The notes below the pieces were generated by a model, which did no database searches, was not told the origin of the DNA, and saw only the letters and a program-made list of their open reading frames with translations. Positions 13,769-26,200 of a stretch of 60,000 nucleotides of DNA are shown piece by piece (within the stretch, counting starts at the first letter, position 1; each line of letters starts with the position of its first letter). This stretch comes from Vicugna vicugna. Taxonomy: Eukaryota. The DNA is taken from positions 1,505,513-1,565,512 of the forward strand of contig MU057989.1 in assembly GCA_013265495.1 (NCBI GenBank). The letters run 5' to 3'. Position numbers and translations under genes: made by a program.

Positions 13769-14206
13769 TTCCAGCAAATGGCATATGCTGCCCAGGTGCC
13801 CGTCCCCATCCGTCAGGGCAAACTCAGTGTGGTGCCTGTGGTGTGTGGGGCTGCGTTCTCCCCAAGGCCCTGCCTGCTCCGGGCCTTAATCCTAGGTTCT
13901 GGACAGGAGGCCCTCGTCCTGCCTCAGAGCAGGCCTCGCTGCCCTCACGCCAGCCACAGCCCCGTCCTGCCTCTGTCTGCTGGCTGCTCCTGGGGCCCGA
14001 TCCTCTGGCCCTGCTGGGGGCCCAGCTGCTGCGGCCGCCGCTCACTGCCCTCCTGTCTCCGGGCACAGCTTCAGGGTGGATCCGTCACCCCACGTCAGCT
14101 CTGAGAAGGGAAAGGGAAGACTCCAGTGGGCACTCGCTCAGCTGCACGGCAGGCCCTCCTCTCCTGGCCTGGGTCCTGGGCTGACGACACTCACCGTCCC
14201 TCCCGG

Positions 14207-14286
14207 CTAAGGCTCCCGCCAGTTCTCCTTCCCGTTGAGCACCTGCAGCTTCTCCAGGCTCTGGGTCACCGAGCACAGCACTCGCC
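14207..14286 (-). CDS. ANKS3: ANKS3 coding exon 15 (stop)
   Basis: [26 protein letters not shown]; 80 nt. Confidence 0.94.
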
Positions 14287-17200
14287 CTGAGGATGGGAGC
14301 AGACAGTGACTGCTTTGCAAGTCTGGGGGGCGAGCAGGGCACAGGAATGGGTGGCTGGGGATGCTGGGGGGCTGTGGCAGGCTCTCCCTGTTCACCGCAT
14401 CTGGCCCTGAGTGCAGGCAGGAGCCACGAGCTGCTGCCCAGAGACTCACCCATCTCCCGGACTCGATCCTCCAGTGCTCCTGACAGCTCAGGGAGGCTCA
14501 GGGCCTGCAAGGAGGCCTGCCAGCCTTTGGCGTCTGTGGGGCAGAGGGCTGGGTGGGCCCTGGGGTCTGTGCATCTCTTCGTCCTGAGCCACCTTGACCA
14601 GGGGACCCACCCAGCCGTCAGTGCCGGCACCACCCCCTTGTTCCATCACAGTTTGTTCTCCCACTTGTTGACCAAAGTGCCAACTGCCAGTCAGGGCCTG
14701 GCATGGGGAGTGAGAGTGTGAGGGTCCCTGCCTACTGCTAGGCTATGCCTCAGGATGGCCCCAGTGTAGGGCTGCAGGTGTCACTTGAAGCCTTGGACGT
14801 GAAGGGCCTCTGCATCCCACCATCAGGAGGGACAGTGAGGATGTGGGCTTGGGCGTGTGAGGGGACCTGGGAGTGTCTGTCAGTGTGATAATGGTGCTGG
14901 GACAAGGGGTAAAGCCTGGCTTGGAGAGGCGTCTTGCCCTCCACATGCCTGTACCAGGGCCAGGATGCTGCTCTTACCAGCTGTGGGGAGGGCTGGGCCC
15001 AGGGTGGCCCCAAGCGGGTACTGGTCCTGCCTCACTCGGGCTGACAGCTCAGCTTGACAGGCTCTGTGGGACATGAGAGCAGGTGCGGGTGAGGGGAGAG
15101 GCCTCGCGGGGCCAACACCCACCTCCTCCCTGTATGAAGCTGGGCTCTCGCCTGCCGGTGAGGCCCAGGCAGAGAAGGACCCACTTGGGGTGTGCAGGTT
15201 CTCAGGGCCCCTCTGCTGCCTGCAGGGAGGAACAGCCAGAATGAAATGGGGGGTGGTGGTAACCCCAGAAGGCCCTGAAAATGACCCCTTGATTGAAGAA
15301 TCTGGAGGAAACGATGACTCAGCCTGGCCCTGGCCCGGGGGCAGCTCAGATGCCCACTCACCGCAACTGGTCCAGGATAACAGCAGCATCCCGGGTGAGG
15401 GCCCAGGTCTCCTGCAGCTGTGTGTGGACGTTCTTGCGGGCACCGTCCTGCTCCAGCAGGCAGCTCTCCACCACGGCCCGCAGCTCCTGCTCCTGCGACA
15501 CCTGGCCCCGCATGGCCTCCACCTCTTCACAGCGCTGCGGCGGACAAGGTGGCAGGTGGGGCAGGTAAACGGGCTGGGGCACTTGGGGACACCAGGCCAC
15601 GACCACTCAGGCTGCCCACACCCCTGCCCCCAGATTCCATCTCCACCGTCTGAGTGCCTCATTTCTCCTGGCCTGGAGGGGCCTGTCTCCTCAGTGTCCC
15701 TACTCTGGGTCCCTGCCTGCGAGCCCCATGGTGTCCCCGCTGGCTGCTGTGCCCCGCCTTCACCCTCTCCCCTCCCAAGTGCCCATCTGTGCGTCTCCCT
15801 TCAGCACATGAGCTGCCCTGCTCCCTGCCTTCACTGTCCTGTCTCCCACCCTGGCTGCTGCTCTGCGGACTCTGGGCGTCTGTCTCCACGGCTGCGTCCT
15901 TCACTGCAGGTGTGTCAGCAGACGCCCCTCTTGCCATTTCTGCACGTCCCTTGCCCCGGCTCCCCACTCACTTTGTGCAGCTGGATGGCGAGCTCCTGCA
16001 TCTCAGCTTCCAGCCGGTCAGCATAGGCCAGCTCCAGGGCATCACTGGGGGGGCGGGCACTGCTGTGCCAGCGAGCAATGGCAGAGGTCATCTTCCTCTT
16101 GGGCCCGAACAACCTGCGGCGGGGGGGTGAGAGAAGGACGCGGGTGGGCTGCCTTGTGTGTGGAGGCTCCATGGGCCATCCTACCAAGACCGTCCCCTAG
16201 AAAAGGCCCAGCTTTGAAGGGGGAGAGTAGCTCCCCGGGATCCTGGAACAGAGGACACGAAGTAACATGAGGAGTTGTGAGTTGTGACAAGCCTCCCCGC
16301 TCTGGTGGGGTGGCATCCCTGGCTGCTGCTTTCCCTGGACAGGGACCTGTGGATGACCGTCTGCCAACTCCGAACACTCAAAAGTGAACAGCAGGAAACA
16401 TCTGGGTGCCCTGAACACAGAAGTGTCCACTGGGCCTGCACAGGACGTCAGCCAGGAGTGGCGGACAGCTAACCGCAGGGAAAGAGCCGGCCTCTGGACA
16501 GGGCAGCCCTCCACCTAAATGCTGGGAGCTGCAACCCCAGCCGGTCCCAGGGCTCTTTGGCCACGGAGGCCCCGTGGACTCACGTGATGCCGATTTCCTT
16601 CAGGTCGCTCTCGGTGAGGGTCAGGAAGATGCGGAGGTCCACGTCCTGCTCCTCGAACACCTGCAGGTACTTTAGACAGCCGATCTGCTCCAGCAGCGTG
16701 GCCAGGTCCTAGGGGGCAAGGAGCCAGGGCGGTCAGAGGGCAGGTCAGAACACAGGTGGGCCCTGCAGGCAGGGGCAGAACACAAGGCACATCTCGAGGC
16801 AGGTCCACAGCAGTGACTCCCCAGCCTCTGCAGACCCTCAACCAGTTTCATCTCCCCTTCACCTGGGGGAGTTTTTGCTTTTGCTGATGTGGCATTCTTG
16901 GCTGAGTTTTCTTTCACTTCTTTGAACACGTTATCCCCTCTGATGAGAAATGTCCTGTAAATTTTCTGGAGATGCCCTTGGATGTGCTGAGTCACTTGTC
17001 ACAAGATTCTGTGTCTTCTGATGGTCTGTGATGTGTCCAGGTATGGCTCTGAGTTTGACCGACTTAGAGCTCGTTCAGCTTCATAGATGCGCAGATCCAT
17101 TTCTTCATCAAATCTGGGAAAACCTGGCTATTTTAAAACATTTTCCCTGCTTTTCTCTCCCTCCTCCCTAGGAGCACCACTGTGGTCTCACAGGTGTTGG

Positions 17201-20200
17201 GTCCTTTTCTCCATTCTTCTTCATCTCTCAGATCGGACGACCTCAGTTGAGCTACAGGAAGTTTTCTGATTCTCTCTTCTGTGTATTCAAATCTGCTGTC
17301 GAGCCCTTCTAGTAAAGTTTTCACTTCAGTTACTGTATTTTCAACTCCAGAATTTCTATTTGGTTACTTTTATTTCTCACTTTCAATATTTAGAGATGGT
17401 TTCTTTTAGGTCTTGGAATATATTTTAAAGAGCTGATTTAAAGTCTCCAGTCAACATGTGCTTAAGGCCTCAAGAGGCCAGCTGGTCACCGGGCCGGGAA
17501 CACAAACCCTGGGGAGAGCTCCCCGGGGGCTGCGAGGAGAAATCAGCAAAACCACAGGCTTTAAGCGAAGAGCAGAGCCCTGACTTGAAGTGATAAATAG
17601 CAAACACTTGAAACACATGAGACAGTTGAGCTGCTGATGCACCTGTAACCAAGTAACTGCGGAGCCAGCGCAGCCACGATGACAAGAAGCAGAAACCACA
17701 GTTCTCGCTGAGCGCTGGCTGCCACCTGTCACTGCTTCATGTGCATCTTGTCACTGTCGCCAAAAAGCAGCTCCACGACATCGGTCCTGTGCTGCTCCTC
17801 CCAGGACTCAGGAAGGCTGGGCTGAACGTGGAAACCAAGGGGACGGACAGAAACCCTGCCGCTGGCCCCTCTCGCCATTAAGCATCCTCTCCGCCCGAGC
17901 AGCTCTATAGGTCACTTGGGGAAGAACCACCCCACTCTCGTCTCTCAAATAAATGCCTCACAGATCACAAAAGCCCCATCCTTTTAACAGTGTACCCACC
18001 AGCTTCACAAGTTGTCTTACCTGGGGTCCTGAATACGGGGACCTCTCAGTCTGGGGGACAGATCCCGGGGAACAGGAAGTCCCGGTACCAGGAGGCCACT
18101 GGCTGTCACTACTGCTGTGACGGCTCTTAGTCTTCACATAACTTTTAGTTTGTTTGCGAACTGAGCTTTTACGTGCATGATCTGAATCCTGTAGTGAGAG
18201 ATGTGTTTAAAGTAACTCAGAAGGGCTCACAGCTAACATGGCTGTGTCCAAACTCTGCTTTCCGCCCCACAGCTCTAGCGTCTGCGTCGCCATCTGTGCC
18301 ACTTCCCTCACGGGCTGGGTCAGGTTTGAAACCCTTCATGAAACCCTCCCGCCTGCCACACAGAGGCTTCCCCGGTGACTGCCTCCAGGGTCCTTGGGGC
18401 ACAAACCCAGCGGTGCTCCGGGTACGTCTAGGCACAGCATGGACGCAGTGAACCCTTGTAGCAGACCTCAGCTGACGCCAGGAAAGGGGAGGGAGGTGGG
18501 AGAGCAAGAGAGGAGGAGAAGGTCACCTCATTGCTCTCCAGGGAGGCCTCGCTGCTGAGTCCCGGGGCCCTTGCCAGGGCCTCGCTGCTGCTGCTGCTCC
18601 GCGCGGCCCCGAGGTTGGCACAGAAGGCGTGCTCTTCTGACAACGGCGAAGATGAGGACACCTGACCACAGGCCTCGCCCGTGGCGACTCCCCCGAGCCC
18701 TGCACCAAGCTGTTTCCTCCGGAGCTCTCAGTAGCTACTGTTTATTCTGTTCATGCTGACTGCCTGGCCAAGCCCACCCTCTACACTTGGCCAGGTTGTG
18801 TCTGCTCTGGTCACTGATAAATCCAAGCATCTGGAACGGTGCTTGGCACAGAGGGCACTCGCTAAACAGCTGGTGAAGGGACCATACGTGTAGCATACAA
18901 GGACATTTCCTGAGGGCTTACCAGTCAGCAGGCTAAACCTCTGTCTGGAGTGACCCCCCCCATCCTGCCCGGAGAGGCCCTGGGCAAGAAGTCTCCTCAC
19001 CTGTCCCCCTGCTAGATTCTCTGACTCTCCTCACGAGAGCCAGAGCCTTCTCTAACTTGCCCCCTCCTCTGCTGGACGGACTCATCACAGTGCCACGGCC
19101 CTGCTGGACGGGTGTGTGTGTCGGGGGGCTGGCGCGTACCCCGGCTGCTGCTGCTGCTGCTCTCCACGTCCCGCTCGTTGATGGGGGAGGTGACGTCCCT
19201 GTAGCAGAGGCCCCCCTCTTCCAGGGGGTTCTCATCGCTGCTGTTGAAGGTGACATAGCCCCGGGGAGGCACCTGCTCTGTGGACAGAATAGGGCACGTG
19301 AATCTACACACACACAAAAAGCAAGATGAGATCTTCCTTCCAAATGCAACCGCCGCTTTAGAGGAATCTTGGCCGGTGGGGGAACCCAGGACGCAGGCCG
19401 GCAGGCAGCTCGTAGTGACCAGCTTCTCTACTCGCCCCAGTGGCCTGGACATAACTGTGCAGTCTGCAGGGGAGGACATGGGCTCCGAGAGGTGAGGGGC
19501 CAGTTTGTGCCCAACAGCGAGTGCGCAGCAGAACCCGGCCCGGCCCAGGCTGGTGCTCTCAGCATCACCGTGGCTTTTCCAAGAGAAAAAAGGAGATTCC
19601 TGAGCCAGAGTAAACCTATCCCATGAGGGGTTCCTTTCTGCTGGGTACATCTACCCTCACACACACACCGCGGCCACGCCCCTGTGACCTTCCAGCACAG
19701 GGCGCTCCACCTTGGGTCAGTCAGCCCAGCCACAAGGAGGGCTGGCTGAGCAGGAAGGTAAGAGGCCCTGGGCTAAACATGACCAACAGCAACATCAAAT
19801 GTCATCACCTTTGAGCGCACCTGTCTACGAGGAAACAAGAAGCGGCAGAACACACACCAGAGAGTTTAAGTGCAATCTTGCTCCTGTCCCTTCCCCACGG
19901 AAACTGCATTTGCATGAAAGCCCGGCTGGTGGGATCACAGGTGATGTGTTTTCTTCTTTATACCCTTCTATAATTAAGAGATTTTTCACAATCAGCACAT
20001 GCTCTTTATCATTCAAGTGTTTTTTACCTGTTGGCAAAGAGGACATATACACTTGCTGGAAAATTTAAATATCACAAAGTGTAAGAGGAAATACAAAATC
20101 TCCTGAGATGCCACAACTGAGACACAGCTCCGGCTGTCACTCTGGTGACCACCAGCTCCTCTGTGGTGCATAAACAAGAGCTGTACAGATGGGCTTCGCC

Positions 20201-23200
20201 ACAGACTTTTGGTAACTTGAAGGAATTTTCCATTTAAAAAGCCTTGGTGGTGGGTCTTTCCTACGCCCCACCCGACCTCAGGCGGGACAGGGGCGTGGAC
20301 TGCTCAGAACAGACTCTGCTCCAGCACTGTGCTCCCACTCTGCCCCGCCAGGACGACGGGAGAAGGGAGAAGGTGGGCCCAGAGTTCCCAACCAGCACCA
20401 GGACCCCTTCCAAGGGTCTGAGAAGGGAATCAAGTTCTCACATAGTCTTGACTGAAACACACACACCAGCCTGACTGGGAGTCGGGTCCTCCACGCCCAG
20501 CGGCAGACGCCCACTTGCTAGACCAGCGGCCTGGCCACTGACGAGTAACCCACACGTAAGTCTGCTCATTCAGTCAGGCCTGCGGCAAGAGAGCATCAAA
20601 CCCAACTCGCCCCAAGAACCACTGGTGCCCGAGCTCCCCACGAGCATCACACTCAACAGTCAGGAGATCTGGAAACTCGGGTCTAGGGCTCCGGCCCCCC
20701 GGATGTGTGCCATCCGACAGCTCTCAAACCCATCACTTTGAGGAAAGCACGCAGGGGCAGAGTCCTCCCCAGGGGACGCGGCATTTCCCCCTCTGACTGA
20801 GCCACCCGCGTGATAAATGGGTCCGACCTCAGCTACATTTCTGCTCCATGAGAGAATGTTCTATTTTTAATTTTAACCAATGAAAAGGAAAATCAAAGGA
20901 TGAACCAAAACCCAAGAGTGAGCCAATAACTGACGTGTCTCCATCCCTATGATCTGTCCTGAGTCCCTGAGCTGCTGCTGCTGCTCCCACCTGGCAGCCC
21001 ACACGTCAGGAGCCTGGATCAGGACAGAATCCCGGACTCCAGTGTCAAGGCCACCAGGGGCCGTGGGCCGCTCACCATAGCGAGGCTGCTGCATCCTGCC
21101 CCCGAGCCCGATGGCAGTGATCCTGGCCAAGGCTCGCGGCCCCTCGTGGATGCTGAGGCCCTTCTTCCGGCAGGGCCTCTGTCTCTGAGGAACCGGGCAG
21201 GATTCATCTGAAGAGCTCAGATCTTCAAATTTTTCTGTGGGTCAAACACCAAAATTAAGACAGTTTATTCAGTGATGGACTAATCTAGTAATCCTCAAAA
21301 TGAACTAGAAGAAAGTCATTGTAATTGGTTTTCTTAAATTGAGAAAAAGAAAAGTATTTCCCAGGATGTCACCTGTGAGAAATGCCCCAAGGCCGGCCCA
21401 CCAGGATGCCTGGGGGGTGGCAAGCTTGCTGAGTATGATGAGGGGTTCTGTTCTCTCCCTCTCTCTGTCTGGGTTTCCAGAATTTCTTACAAGCCTGTAT
21501 TACGTTTACAGTCAGAAATAAATTCTGTTCTAGGCTGAAGTGGCAAGTAAGCCCCACCTCTTCATAAACATACAACAACAGCAGTCACAACTTCCTAAGC
21601 AATTTTATGTTCCCAACATGAGTAACTTCTTTTAATTTTTTAAAAATTTTTTGCGGGGAGGCAATTAGGTTTATTTTTATGTATTTACTTACTGAATGGA
21701 GGTACTGGGGATTGAACCCAGGACCTCATGCATGCTAAGCACACACTCTACCACTGAGCCTGAACAACTCCCTCCCTGAACAACTTCTTGGGAAATAAGC
21801 ACCACCTGACGGCTCTGTTTGCTGCTTCATGAAATATTTCAAATCACCACCCATATGAGCTTATGAGCTTATGAGATCAGTGTGTGCACAGCCATTAGCA
21901 TTTTATAGCTTTTCTCCATTTTCCATATCTCATCACACCTAGAAAGCAAATTTCGGGGGGGGGGTGTTGATCTGTAGAAGGCTCCCATTGGTAAGATCTC
22001 ATTTTGGAGTTGGTGAACTGGGGTGGAGACACACCGAGGAGTCCCTGTTAGCACCACACCCCTGTCCTCACATGCTGGTGTTTGTTACAGAACAGTCTTG
22101 TGGCCAGGAAGGGAGCAGGTTGCTCAGGTGTGAGCTGAAGCCTCAGCCCAGCCACTGTCGGGAAAGTGAGGGGTCACTGGCCCGTTTCCAAAGCCGGCCA
22201 GTGACCCTGAGTGGCCCAGTCAGTCCCTCCCACACCAGGATGGCCACCTCCAGGGGGAGCCTGGGTCCGTCCAAGCAGAAGCTGAGGGAGTCACAGAAGA
22301 TAAAGGTACAGGGAGGTAACTGAGGAAAAGGCAGCTCCCTCAGCCTGAACCTCCCGACACGTCCTTTCGAGCCTGCACAGTCAGCAGAACGGACAGACCC
22401 ACATGCACCCCAACTCCAACACGGCCCAGGCGGCGGGGACCCCACCAACGTCAGCACGCCTCCCTCCAGTGAGGAGGAGACGGACTCGCGCTCCAGCAGA
22501 GGCTCCTTGTCGCTCGCCTCGCTCTCTGCACAGAGACAAGCGGGTCTAGGAAAACGCCACACAGAGAGGCGAGGGCAAAGACCGGCCCAAGTGGATTCAC
22601 AGGAGAAGCCCCCACAGACCACACAGGACCAACGCCACAGAAATCGTTCCAGAGCACAAGAGGAAGGGGCCCTTCCTAGTTCTTTTTATGCAGCAAGTAT
22701 AATATTGAGACCTATACCAGATAAAGGCAGAACAGCAAAAACTACAGACCGATGTCACTTGTGATTAAAATAATAAATAAAATGTTAGCAAATGGAATCC
22801 AAAACCACATTAAGTAATGCACCAAGTGGGATTTATGCCAAGAATGTAAAATTGGTTCATTATTAGGAAACTCATTAATGCAATATATTGTATTATATTT
22901 TTTGTGAGGAAATTCACAATCATCTCTATAGATGTTGACAAAGCCTTTGACAAAATTCAACACTTACTCCTCTAAGAAACATTCAAGAATATAGGAAATG
23001 ACAGACACTTTCTTAAAATGCTAACACATATGCAAACCTTACTCTGAAAGCCAGCATCTTACTTAACGTGGCATTTCCTCTAACATCGGACAACAGTGAA
23101 TGCCCACTTCCTCCACCATATTCATCAGGGCACCAGGGGCTTCAGCAAGCGCAACGAAACCAAAGGAATGAGAGGTATAAAGATCTGAAAAAAAGTAGTA

Positions 23201-26200
23201 AGTCTGTCTCTCTCTGCAGGTTTTATGGTAGTGTACCTGGAAAAAACTAGGGAATCAATGAAGAAAACTAACTCAGACAATGAAAGAACTCAGTCAGGCA
23301 GCAGAACATAAAACTGGTGGACATCAACCGCTGTCCTCTTCACAGGCGACAGGCAGTGAGGGCTGGAGCGGCAGCCTCAAGGTATAACACGTTTACAGCA
23401 GCAACGAGGAAAATCAGACACACAGGAATAAGCTGAAGTTGTATGCAAAACGTGCATGAGGGAAAATTTAAAATTGTCCTGCAGGACATAAAAGTACACT
23501 TGAACAAAAGGACAACTTAACAGCATGAAGAGGTCGTTAATTTACAGATTTTCCACAATCTCAAAAATATCAACACACTGTCTTTAAGGAGCTAGACAGG
23601 AGGATGCTCAAGTTCATACCAAAAATTAAGCGAGCGGGAGCCAAGAAATGTAGGGAAAGGGAAGCTGCGAGAGGGCCAGCCCTAGCAGGTGGTCAAACAT
23701 GTCAGAAAATGCCCCTGTCATTTACAGACGTGTGTACAGGGTCCGGTGGAACAGAATAGGAAATCCAGAGACAAACCCGGACACAAAGGGAAATTCAGAC
23801 TATATGATAAAGACGGCCCCTCAGACCACTGGGTCAGAAATGGACTTCTAAACAGATGATGGATGCTAGGACAACGGGGCAGCCAGCTGAAAAACCCCAC
23901 CTCCCTCCACACGTGAAAATAAAGTGAATGATCGGTGGTCTGCATGTAGAAAATGAAACCAGACAAGAACCAGAGGAAGACGGGCGAATTCCTGTACAAC
24001 CAGGGCACAGGGAAAGACTTCCTGTGACTTAAAACCCAGAGGAAATAAAAGACTGATGAATCTGACTACTTAAAATTAAAACATTTTACATGGCAACAAC
24101 TATGAGCAAAGTCAGGAAAGGAAACCCAGAGCGAGCCCCTCTGTGAGCTGCCCTGTGTCCTGCCCACCCGCAGCCTGGCCATCCTGCTCTGCTCTCCACA
24201 CCCCTCCCCTCAGCCCAGCGGGCCCCCACCTTGCCGATGAGACGGAGTCATGGGGTGGGGGGTGTTGAGAAGGTCTCAGGCAAAGCTCCAAGGAGCAGTG
24301 GGAGCCCGGGAAGGAGGAGCCTCCTTTCTCTCGGGGACAGGATGCCAGCAGAGGCCTGGCCACAGATGCCGGTACCTGGGCTCCGGTAGACGCTCTGGGG
24401 CAGAGACGGTGAGTGGGCGTCAATCAGCCCCACGATCTTCATGTGTCCGTACTGCCTGGCCAGCATCCGGGCTGTGGCTCCACTGTGGTCTCTCGTGTCC
24501 ACTCTGACTCCCTGTGAAAGTTCGGGAAAGAAGAGTTAGGACCCTACCCTGCAAAGCACCCTGGCTTCACTTAGGGGCTGTGGACCCCGGAGATGGCCAG
24601 CTTCTTCCCCTACGACCCCAGAGCCCTACGAGGAAGAGGCCAAGGCCCTAGCAAGCTCCCTTCTAAATAACACCTTTGGCTTCTGACACACACTCAGCGG
24701 GGAGGGAGGGCGGGCAGGCTGCAGGCTGCTGGGCCGGGGAGCCCAACCTTCACCCTCTGCACCTGGCGTGTGGCCCACTCGCTCCATCTCTCCCCACAGA
24801 GAAAACTGGGGACAACAGATTCACCTGAGGGGCAGCCTTTAAAAACCACAATCGGATCGGGAACACCACCCTTCTGAAACAGAATTTGGTAACTTTTATC
24901 CAAAGTCCTAAAAAGTACTCATAGTCTTCAGCACAACGTATTTGCAGTAATAAAAACCTGGAGATGACTTCCATGCTCTGGGGGAGTAGAGAGTCAGCTG
25001 TGTTACTACCATAAATGCGGGTATTTACAAATAACCAAGTTATAACCAACTTTTTAAAAGGACCATGATACAAAACTGCCTACACATTATAGCTGCAGAC
25101 AAACCCAAAACGTGTACAGAAAGTAATACTGGAAAGAAATATGCCCCAACTGTTGGCGCTATTTTAAGCAGTAAGATAACGGGGATTTTTTCACACCTTC
25201 CTCATCTTCTGTATTTTCTAAAGTTACTAGGAACATGTTTACTTCTGAAACGGGAAAAGCCCAGAAGCTTCCCACTTTTAAGAGCTCCAGCCATGCGGTC
25301 TTGCAGCTGAGGCAGAGCTACCGGAGCCCATGCTCCAAGGGCAGCCCAGCAGGAGGCAGCTGGGGCTGGAAGCGTGCACGGTCCTCTGCCCAGCCGTTCC
25401 ACAGGGAACTACAAGACATTGAATACAGTTCCCTGTGCTATGCAGTATAAACTTGTTTATCTATTTTCATAACTGCAAATCTAGAACTCCCAATTTATCG
25501 CTTCCCATCCCCTTCCCCCTCTGGTAACCATAAGTTTGTTTTCTATGTCTGTGAGTCTGTTTCTGTTTCACAAATAAGTTCATGTCATTTTTTTATAGAT
25601 TCCACATGTAAGCGGTATCATATGGTATTTTTCTTTCTCTTTCTGGCTTACTTCACTCAGAATAACAATCTCCAGGTTCATCCATGTTGCTCCAAATGGC
25701 ATTATTTTATTCTTTTTATGGCTGAGTAGTATTCCATTGTATAAATATACCACTACTTCTTTATCCAGTCATCTGTTGATGGGATGATGGACATTAGGTT
25801 GTTTCCATGTCTTGGCTATTTAAACAGTTGTTTGCTTAACTGTACTTTTTAATTCTTTTTATAGCAAGTATATATCACTTGTATAATAAGTATTTATATA
25901 TGTGTACTGTTTTCCCCTAATCTGGAAAACTATGATCAACTGACTTGATTGATCTTGGTTGAGCCAGTACAGAAGGTGATTATCATACTTCCCTCTGGTA
26001 GGAAAAAGCTGCATTTTTACAACACCCTAACTGAGCTTTACTTTCTATAATCCCCCACTTTCCAGAGCTCTAGTTAGAAAACTTGAGCCTTAAAAGATCA
26101 TTTCTAGGCAGGGTAGGAGGAGAGGAGGCTGGACGAAGGTGGTCAAGAGGAACAATCTTCCTAGGGGGAGGGACAAGACAGGGGTAGGAGACTAAGAGTT

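Noticed and set aside
18583..19161. (AGC)n tracts in ANKS3 exons as repeat expansions
   Set aside because: Only 5-6 units encoding poly-Ser, similar to what I recall in orthologs
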